The translations under genes were made by a program, and so were the position numbers. A stretch of DNA of 60,341 nt, counting the filler, from Sphacelaria rigidula (Eukaryota), in NCBI GenBank assembly GCA_964200075.2. It is 8 parts of 8 records of this genome, joined end to end, with 100 filler letters (N's around TTAATTAATTAA, not from the genome) between each part and the next. Parts side by side here need not be neighbours in the genome. Positions count along the whole stretch, not along the records: positions 45,333 to 52,787 come from CAXNAA020014845.1; positions 52,888 to 60,341 come from CAXNAA020014846.1; 6 more parts are not named here. One strand, 5' to 3'. The notes under the pieces are model-generated. The model saw only the letters and a list, made by a program, of their open reading frames with translations. It had not been told where the DNA came from and did no database searches. Positions 50,941-60,341 of the stretch are shown one piece after another (within the stretch, counting starts at the first letter, position 1; each line of letters starts with the position of its first letter).

Positions 50941-52894
50941 GGAAGGACGCTCGGGCACGCGCTGGGACCCCGATCCCCCGGCGATTCGCTATTTCCGAGG
51001 AGGCGTGGACGAACGGGACAGCAGCACTCGCGGTGGAAGAGGCACAAGGGGCGGCTGCAGCGGGGCCAGGAGCGGCGGCGGGGGGGCTCGGGGCGGCGGA
51101 AGCGGGGGCGACTGCCGTGTAGTATGGGATTAGGGCGGCGTAGAGGCAGTGGCCGCTGCGTATGGGGCGAGTGCGGCGGGGCAAGGGGCGACTACTGCGC
51201 CGTAGCAGGTCGTATGCTGTGTAGGGGGGCGGCTGCCGTGTAGAGTTGACTGATTGGGACCTGGAGGGGGCGGCTGCTGCGTCGAAGGGTTGGCTGAGTT
51301 GTAGAAAATCGGCTGCTCTGTAGACCGGGCGACTCCTGCGTAGAACCAGCTCGTGGCGGGGGGGGGGAGTGGGTCAAGCTTAGGTCTACCGTACCCCAAA
51401 CCGAGGATGGTAATGAAATATCTCCCCCTTTTCGAGAGGGGGCTCTTCATTTTTCGCATCAAATGTCGTGCCCCATTCATACGGGGTATTCCGGGTTGTG
51501 AAACCTATGACGGGGCTTGTTTATCCGTCGCTGGGTACATAAAAGCTGGATCTCCTCCGAAATGACTGCCCAGAGGATCTTTACGCACAACGCCCCCCCC
51601 AACCTCATCGTTTTTTTTTTTTTCCCCAATGTGGTACCTGATCGTATACAAATGTTGTTCGATGCTCCTCAGTGCCCAAACGACCCGTTTTGGGTCATAT
51701 GATACCAACCTTGCTTATATTCCGTTTTTCCGAACCTTGCTTATAAATCCGCCCAGACGGTGTAGGCACTTCTTCACCTATATACAGTACAGTACAAACG
51801 TACAGACTATACAGCAGTGGTGGCCTGTACTACTCTTGTGTCGTATACATAGTATGTGTGTTTCGCGCAGTATGCAGCCGCGAGGTGGAAAAGAAGCGGG
51901 CAACCCGACATACAGCAGACTTGACAGACAGCACAGCTTTCTGACTCTGTGTACAGGAGGATGCGAAGCAGACTTGAACCACGTGCAGTTTTTCACCGCC
52001 TCTACTGTCAGCCCGTTGGTAATTCGATCACCCACCCCGACACGCAACTCCATTGGTGGATCCGGTCACAAAACTATGTGCCTGAGTTTTCGCCAACAAA
52101 AAAGAACACATCGTGCCAAAACAGTGGTGATGTCGGTTTCTATCCCTCACTGCAGTGTATGTATGCCTACGTTCAGTTCGTGATCTGTGCCGCAGGGTTG
52201 AGCGGGTAACTGCGAATGAACCATTTGGGTTTTGCATACCTCTGTGAAAGGGTAGTATCTGGCACGGTTGTCTGCAACATGGGAGTTACGTGCCGCTTCG
52301 TTCATTCCGCCGCTCGTTTCGCTCGAAAAAGCTAAGCTTCTCTGTATTCGACCCTGCCCGTCGCGCGCAACTAATTTTCAAGTGGACTTGAAGCCATCTA
52401 GGAACATAAATGCCGTGGATGTATCAAATTCGGCCTCGTAACGATCAGTTCGATTCGACCGCATGTTTTCGAGTCGGAAACATTTGAGAGCAATGGTCTA
52501 GAAAAGGTATACCTTTTCGTTTTCTGCCCCCAAAAAGTACCAAAAATGGCCAGGAACGCGAAAACAGCCAAACACGCCATTTTTACCGTTTTCGCCACGA
52601 ATGTTTCACGCGCATCATTCGGGGCGGCCATTGGCACCCGGGCCTTGAACAAAACCGGGGAAAACACGCCACTCGAGAGACATGGCCACGCGAGAACGGA
52701 CGTCTCGCCTCCAGAAACCGCTTACTTTTTGTAGGCCAAATTTCGCCGAGGTATACCTGATCTAGGAATGATTTTTCAATCGTACCTNNNNNNNNNNNNN
52801 NNNNNNNNNNNNNNNNNNNNNNNNNNNNNNNTTAATTAATTAANNNNNNNNNNNNNNNNNNNNNNNNNNNNNNNNNNNNNNNNNNNNTTTGTAT

Positions 52895-53030
52895 ACTCAC
52901 GTTCTCACGCTTTCCACGGTGGAAATCATACATTACGAAGAAAAACCCAACTTATCGGGAATCGAACCCCCGTTCTCTCCACCTTAATGGCGATGGTCGG
53001 ACCATTACACCCCCGGGGCGTGGCGGCGAA
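52895..53030 (-). mobile_element. tRNA-derived SINE-like repeat (family B)
   Basis: A box GGTGTAATGG (53011-53002) and B box GGTTCGATTCC (52968-52958); no complete cloverleaf. Confidence 0.6.
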
Positions 53031-54499
53031 TTCGTATACCCTTTTAATCGTCCGTACCAAATTTCAAGTTCCAATCCAAAAATGTAGCTGAGAAATGGGC
53101 CTGCAAACTACAAATCCGCTTCTAGGCTGGCCCAGCTCGTATCGAGCATCACATCCACCAACCTAGCATGAATCGGCCATTCTTTTTTTTAAGCGATAAG
53201 AATCGGGACATATTAGAGAGTTTCGGAAAAAGCTTTTTTGTCTTTTCAGAGTAAGAATATCTCAGGATCAGAATGTAACGAAGAATTATTTCCCACTCCC
53301 TTAATTTGTTTTCGACATTTTTTTTATGCTGCACTCTGATTCTGAGAAATTTGCACTTTGTAATGACGAAAAAACGTTTTCCGAAAGTATCTAATATCCA
53401 CAAAGCGAGCACCGCTTTTTGTGAGATTACGAGCATAAAAAGACCACTACACGAGGATGATTGGGAGAACCCTACGTCTCGGGGTGGCACGGGAACGTTC
53501 ATTGATCCAAGAATAACGATGCCAACAAACGCCTGGCCTACCAAATGCTCAGCAGGAAGCTTGAAGACGGTTGGTCACACATGTCTAATGCTATCAGAGC
53601 GCTGCACATGCACAGCTGGTCGTCTATTACTGCTGCCTTCATCGGCTGTGGCGTGCCTTGCCCTCCGTCGCGTACACCTGTTTCCACGTCCACCTAACGG
53701 GTTGTACTTTGCAGCAAGCGCGAGCGTAATCATCATATGAGGCGAGGCACGCTTTGATACTGGGCGATCCTCCCTACTCCATGGGGGCGTCGGTCATATC
53801 CAGAAACAGAACAAGTGCAGTGTCAACGGCAACAAGCGGTATATTGATTGGGGCGGGTGGGTGTGGTGGCTCGGAGGGTATGGCGTAGGAAAACGTTTAC
53901 ACTTCACCACCTCACTTCAGTATTCCGCTGAAATGCTTCAACACCTATCTCCTGCATATTTTTGTGGTACCGTCCGAGAGGTTGCACATCCACGAGTATG
54001 GTAAATAAGAATTAACTTCGATTCTGAAATTTTCATTACCACGGTCGTTTTCAGAGTCTTCGGTATGTGTGTCGTATCCACCGTCCTCTCCTTCGGCCGT
54101 GTATTCCACTTGGAAATCAGGCTAGACCTAACACCGATACACCGCACACATGTACTCACACGGAAACACTCCGACGCCGAAACACGGGGATCAGCGATAT
54201 GGGAAGAACTTGCACTTCACCAATGATGGAGCCACCCCTGGCATTCGCAAAACTGGCAGATGCTCTTGTCGCGTCGGCAGCACTTGACTCTGAGGTCACG
54301 GTGACAAATCGTAAGGCAACGGCTGCAAGCCTATCGCCCGCACTTATCGTTGCCAAGGCATAATTCCTCCGTGTTTCCATCGCGAATACTACGGAGTCAT
54401 CCTCACGGTGGCATTTTGAGCAGTGTATATGTAAAGCTGCTGCTTCGCTGCGCCTGCCTTGACCGCCTCTATCTGGGATGTGCCGCGCAGCAGTCACTC

Positions 54500-54805
54500 G
54501 ACCACCTCCCGTCGGCGCTCGTCCGAATGAGTCTCCGCCATCTGCAAGCGACGCCCGCCCAACAATCTCTTTTCGGCCGCCTCCCGCCGGCGCTCGGCCG
54601 AGCGAGTCTCTCACTTGGCAGCGGAGTCTGCCCTCTCACACCTCGACCTGTCAGCGGGGTCTACCCAAACCAACGTCGGCCGGTTACCGCCGGCGCTCGG
54701 CCACCCCCCGCAGACGCTGGGCCGAGCGAGTCCCTCCCAACTGTCATCAGTGTCCAACTTCCTTCTCGTCCACCTCCCGCCGACGCTCGACCGAACGAGT
54801 CTTTA
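54500..54805. repeat. Degenerate GC-rich repeat (cctcccgccggcgctcggccgagcgagtct) x4-5
   Basis: Related units near 54503, 54577, 54686, 54702 and 54771. Confidence 0.7.
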
Positions 54806-57295
54806 CTTAATATCACCGGCGCCTGCCTAACCGCACCTCGGCCGCATCTCGCCAGCCCTGGCCGGAATGAATCTGCGCTGCCTGCCAGCGGCGCCGACCC
54901 GACGCCTACTCGAGCGCCCCCTGCAGACGGTCTCCAAAACGGGTCTCCACCGTCTGCGCTGATGCACTTCTGCTCTTTTGTCGGGGTGATTTATCTCGAC
55001 GGGGAGCCGGTCTTGCCGGCACGGTAGACCACACACCAGGAACAGTCACTAACTGTGTTGACATGACGGCTGCAGCTGGAGCAGCCGTGCGCGACGAAAA
55101 TAGCCACGACTTTTCAGCTGCACATGCAAGTGCCGCCGCCAGCAGGCGAGTTTGCGGAAGTATTCTTGTTTTCGAGGATGTTCATGACCGATTAATCGAG
55201 TTATGTGCAGCAGATGCACAGTTGGTGCTGCTCATGGTTACTCACTAGGTCAGCCCGGAACGTACTATCCGCACCTGCGCCTGCGCCTGCTCTGTGCCAA
55301 CCTTCTACAGATCCAGCTACCGGCCCGTGTAGCGCAGGCTGCGCAAAGATACCAAACATCTGTATCTTTGTGAAGCTGCGTACACTATAATACAATATGT
55401 TGCCATATGGTGCTGTGCTGTACTGTGCATATCATGACGGCTGTATCTTCGTAAAACTTCGTACACTATATAATACAGCCTTTGGTCATACGGAACGGTA
55501 CAGTACTGTACATATCATAATGTGCGGTCGGTTTCACAATCGAGTCTCTGTACACAGTATAATAACCGCGTCGAAACGGTAAAATCTACTGGGCATACGA
55601 AGATATGTGCTTGTTGGCATGCACCACTGTGCTGCTGTTGTACAGTGGTCAAACTTGAAACAATTTTTTCACTCAATCTGGTTTCTTCACAGACGATTTG
55701 TCACCTTCACTCGGAAGTCTGACAATCGGTGGGCGTTGGAAAAAGGAACAGGTCGTGCGCAACATAGATATTGCAATCTTGATGTTGTCGTAACGATACG
55801 GAGTGAGACCTCGGTTATCGAGAGGGTGTTATTGACCGTATATGACACGAAAGTACGGTTTTTCGGCTGTAGCGCAATGAATGTTGAGAAAGTAGAGCAC
55901 CTGAAGGCATGTCATTGCTCGTTGTAACGACCCTGATCGGTTCGGTCGAGCTGACATATCAGAAAAAGAGAAACGTAAACTGCACACTCGTAGGACCCCC
56001 GAAGACGGGTGAGCTCGTATCTCGATTCCCAACGTCATTAATCAAACAGAAACTGTGATGAATCGTGGTATACGGAAAACCTGAAAAATTGCTTTCGATC
56101 CTCTGTGTTTTATGTAAAGTTTGACGACTAAACTGCTTTCGGCGGCGGTAAAAGGTACGGTTCAAAGACATTCGGGACCGAAACACAACAGTTTCCACTG
56201 CTGTACTGGCGGCTACGTAGTCTCATCTCGTGAACTGCCGGACAGCGGAACCAGCTTACTTCACTTGCACAACTAATGGTGTTGACGTACCCTTCTTGAT
56301 GTTCTATTGCTGGGACCGCCACCCCGGCCTCCGATATCTCAAAGGGTTAGGGGAGCTGTAGCCCCGTCCGCAGTAGCTCAGTCTATTGTCGGACAAAACA
56401 CTGCTGTTGACCCTTGCTCGTCAGAGATCCGTTCCAGACCGACTTCTTATAACTCGCACTCCAGGAGACAGAAGGGAGGGCCGAGGTCGTGCGGTAGACC
56501 CGCTCTCGTGGAGGTTGAGGCCCATGGCGCCGGGGGCGAAATAACCCCGATAACGCGAGCGCAGAAGACCGGAGCATCCCAACACGCAAGTCACCGCCAC
56601 ACCGTCTGGTGCATTCTCCTAATATTTTGCCTCTTTCCCGAAACTCCGCACTTGGGAGTTTCGTACTGGAGCGCCCTTTGGTGCTGTTCTCGCGCTCGCT
56701 TAGATTCCGCAGATATAAAGGGGCCGAAAAAGAAAACATGTAGACACGTCAGAATGCACTGCATGTTTCCCACTCCGTGTCGGTGTTGAGCAACAAAGCA
56801 TGACTTATCTGCCTGTGGTTGTCAGCGCGAAATCGATGAAGGCTGCGAAAAGGGTTCCGCGGAGGAGGGATAGAATCGCGTGCCCCATCCACCATGTGCT
56901 GATGTCGGAGCCGTCTTCACAAATATTCACTCTTGTGTGCCTGTCCATCCTCACGCAGGCGGGAAGGGAAAGTTCTACCAGGAAGGGAAGGATTCTCTCT
57001 GGCGGACAACGTTTGCTGAGCCTAGGTGTGCTATCCGGAACGATTGGAACCCCGTTTGGGACAGGTACGCGCTTTAGCGTGTGTGGGTAAGACTTTACGG
57101 CGTTTGAGCTTAGGTTTACCAGCAGCAGGGCGAAATGCTAACGGCAGGCGGGGGCTACAAGAACGATTCTTTGTGGGAAAATAAACGAGCAGGCAAGCAA
57201 AGCCGTGCCTCCGAAACCCCGCGTCACATTGTGTACCATCTGCCGACCTGCAGGTCATGAAGCCTGTCTAATGGTTGTTCAGGAGGAGTAGAGGG

Positions 57296-57651
57296 CAGAG
57301 ATGTGCACGGATTAAGGAAAAATCCGCGGAGCGGATAATTACGGTGCTGTTTGTCAATCCGCACCGCTCCGTGGCATTTGTAGGGGGCGGATGTCCGCTC
57401 TTTGACAATTCGTGATTTTTCCCACTGGCGGTTATCTGCTCCGCTCCGGACCATATTCGAAAAATCCGCTCCGCACCGTGACATTTTCGTTGGCGGATAT
57501 CCGCTCCGCAATACCCGGGACATTTTCATTGGCGGATATCCGTTCCGTCATAGTCCGTAATTTTTCACACAGTCGGATATTCGCTCTGCTCCGTGAGGTT
57601 TCGAAAAAAAATCCGCATCGCCGAGCGGATTGTTCTCCGTACACATCCCTG
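57296..57651. mobile_element. hAT-like MITE within an intron
   Basis: TIR cagagatgtgcacgga / tccgtacacatccctg; TSD gtagaggg / gtggaggg (7/8); internal GCGGAT/ATCCGC repeats. Confidence 0.85.
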
Positions 57652-58540
57652 GTGGAGGGGCCTTTTGCGTATGTAATATCCCGCACGCGACGACTGTCAG
57701 AATCCCGCGGGGGAGGGTTTGTGCCCTGCGTGTAAAAAGGCCGCCCAAACTCGGCGGCCTTTTTGCACTGCAGTAATATACGGGAAAAAAAATGAATTTG
57801 TGCGCGACGCCCCGACACGAACGCCTTACTCCACACCACGATATGCTACGCTGGACTTCTGCTCTTTCTCTGTTCATTACACAGTTTGCACAATCCCGAC
57901 GGCTCAGTCAAATCAGGGGAGCAGGAGGCGGACATCATGGAAGCGTTCCACAAAGAAATTTGGAAGCGCGAGCTGACGAGAAAGCAAGTTGCGGCGGCAG
58001 CAACAGCGAAGGCGAAGGAGGCAAAAAAGGCACTTAAATCAGCGGTCGAAAAGGGGAAGGGTGGAGCAGACGGAGAAAAGGCGGCGCCCATCGTCACCGA
58101 AGCCGATGAGGCCGCCGCGGCGGAGGCGGAAGCGGCCGCTGCGGCGGTTGCGGTCGCGGCTCCAATGCCAGTGAATTACATCTACAAGTATAGCCTTCTC
58201 TTCGCGTTACTGGGGAGGCCAGCAGGCACCGCCGAAGAACATAGCCAACTCGCTATGGCAGCTAGCTCTGGCCCAACAGAGGGAACCGTCGAGGAGGGAC
58301 AGAGTAATGGCAGCCTTAAATCACCCCCAACGATCAAAAGTCTGAATAAAGGCAAGAAAGGAGCGGGTTTGCCTGTTAGCAGGGGGGAGAAACGGAAGGG
58401 AAATGCGCTCGACAACATGACAGCAAAAAGGGAGAAGACGCGAGAAGACGCGAGAAGACGCGGCCGCAATCAGCGATCGTATTCTCGACCTGCTCGAGAA
58501 CCCAGCCCCGAGCAAAGCCGATATTATTTTCGAAGGTTAT

Positions 58541-58917
58541 GTACAACAGTTGATGGAGAGGGACCGCAAGAACAGAATTTGGAAAGAGCGAGAATGGATC
58601 CAAGAAATACGAAACGCGAACGCTGATCTTCTCCAATGCCAGATCGGATCGTTCGAGGAAATGAGCAAAATCGAGGAGGCCGAGCAGAAGATGATGGAGC
58701 TAGCTACGCTGTTGGCATCTCCACTTCCGGTACAACAGTTGATGGAGACAGACCGCAAGGACAATATTTGGAAAGAGCGAGAATGGATCCAAAAACACGA
58801 AGCGCAAACGTTGATCTTCTCGAGCGCCAGATTGAATTGTTCAAGAAGATGGGCAAAATCGAGGAGGCCGAGCAGAAGATGATGGAGCTGGCTACGCTAT
58901 TGGAATCGCCACTTCCG
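58541..58917 (+). repeat. Tandem duplication of ~189 bp
   Basis: gtacaacagttgatggaga...ccacttccg at 58541-58729 and 58730-58917. Confidence 0.92.
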
Positions 58918-60341
58918 GAGCTGTAAATGCATCCAGCGTTCCCACCACCGAAGGTTGCGACGTGTCCGGAGCCCGGACCGGCTATGAAAAATGCGGCCCA
59001 GAAAGACTTGGTGGAACCCGCCACCTCATGCGGCAATGTCGCGTTTGAAGCTGCTATGAACAACGCGGCCCAGGAAGACCTCGCCGACTCATACGACAAT
59101 GGCGTAGTTGAAGCTGGAGAAGAAGACTCCATACCAGGATGAATGGGATTCGGGAGCGTCGCGACAAACATACGGCGGGAATCGGAGGAATGGGCAGAGG
59201 TTGACCCCAGCTGCGTCGGAAATGTTGAAGACTCGAACGGCAACACTAAGTCCCCTGTGTGTTTGCCGCGTGGAGAAGACTTCCTACGTGGGATCTGCTT
59301 GGGCATGTCGTGCACACCACCTATTTCAGATCTGCCGCCGCGGCCCGCCGGTGCGGCGCCATCGACGTCGGTGGGACAAGCTCAGGTATGCACACATTTC
59401 TCGCAGGATGGCATATCCAGCACAACATCAGATATGCTTTTCAAGCACGCAGAGGAGACGGCGGCCGCCTTCGCGGCTGGGGGGGGCGTCGGGAAATGTC
59501 GAGAGTGATGCCGGCTCCCGCGGAGACGGCGGGAGCAGCGGGAGTTGGGGTTAGGGTTACTGCTCCACAGAATGTAATGATCATTTGAGTCTAACGCGCA
59601 TTCTTTGGTGTCGAGTGCGATGGGTGGGGGGTTCACAGAAGTGTCACCTACTTTGCAGGTTCACCGAGACGTGGACAGTGCGCGTGGGTTACGAACGTGG
59701 AAGAAAAATTATGTGTGTTTGTTTTGTCGACCAATGGGTACCGTTTGTAGCCAGATATTCCAACGTGCGCGCCTTTCTGGGGTGAGCTATACACGTGTGA
59801 TTTGTTTCGGTGGAGGCACCCTACTGTACGCGGCAGCAATTAAGAAACTCGTGTTGTGGATAGGGGCCGCTTGCAGCGGCAATTTTTGTCCGGACGTTCG
59901 AGACTCTTGGACAATTTCGGTGCCTTCCCAAAAAATAAATAAGCTGACGAAAAAATCCCACGGTCGTATTTCCGCGTGAGATGTAGTAACTCGGAAATAG
60001 TTGTGTGCCTTGACCTGACTGAGAAATCTGTTGACACAGTTTTCGAGGACGTTTTCTTTGTCCGGAATGTATGCAAATGTCAGAAAAAACAGCTCCGTTA
60101 GGCCGGATGTTATGGCACCCAGATTTTTGGCCCACGGATTGTTCACTTTTGGGACGTTTGACCCACTTTTTAATCCCCAAGCAGGGAAAATCGCCAACAC
60201 ACGTCTTGGACACTTTGCATCGCCCCACAGAGAGGAGCCTAGCCCGCTTTCCAGACTCGCTTGGCTCCGAGGTTTCGAGATTGGCCGCTGAACAATAATT
60301 CGTGTGCAGACGTCTCTGCTTTCCGACCCCCCCCAGATTGC

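Larger units (their letters stand above)
56959..58926 (+). pseudogene. Spliced ORF, possibly a transposon accessory protein; exons 56959-57064 and 57885 onward; decayed 3' part
   Basis: cAG/GT and cAG junctions join in frame: IRNDWNPVWD-S-LHNPDGSVKSGE...EIWKRE; frameshifts after ~58450. The PIF/Harbinger-accessory idea is inference only. Confidence 0.5.

Noticed and set aside
45333-52787. Fanzor/TnpB cargo with the mariner-like transposases
   Set aside because: No RuvC (DPG, E..TS..C, RD.N) or zinc-finger motifs found in the translations inspected

Overview
Eukaryotic, repeat-rich DNA, most likely a stramenopile/brown alga (inference from intron style, repeat content and protein remnants). 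The window is not one locus. It is eight unrelated contigs of 7454-7456 bp, sorted by length and joined by identical 100-nt N spacers carrying a TTAATTAATTAA all-frame stop linker, so no linkage across gaps can be assumed. Contig 1: exons of an uncharacterised minus-strand gene. Contig 2: the 5' half of a decayed Ty3/Gypsy element (LTR, tRNA PBS, very long gag region with CCHC knuckle, protease) whose LTR carries a perfect 110-bp palindromic MITE. Contig 3: a heavily decayed Gypsy pol split by a hAT MITE, plus an internally deleted Ty1/Copia. Contig 4: first coding exon of a GDP-mannose-transporter-like gene among MITEs and SINEs. Contig 5: a small two-exon PB1-domain gene and a full-length tRNA-headed SINE with a (CA)n tail. 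Contig 6: four exons of a vWA (Sec23-trunk/CPRAS1-like) gene. Contig 7: a ~4.7-kb IS630/Tc1/mariner-like transposon with a ~210-codon D-E spacer and two tandem AP2/arm-binding-like modules, plus a mariner fragment. Contig 8: a spliced, possibly transposon-accessory ORF with an internal duplication and an intronic hAT MITE. The most unusual items are the contig-7 transposon architecture, the hairpin MITE inside an LTR, and the apparently stand-alone PB1 protein.
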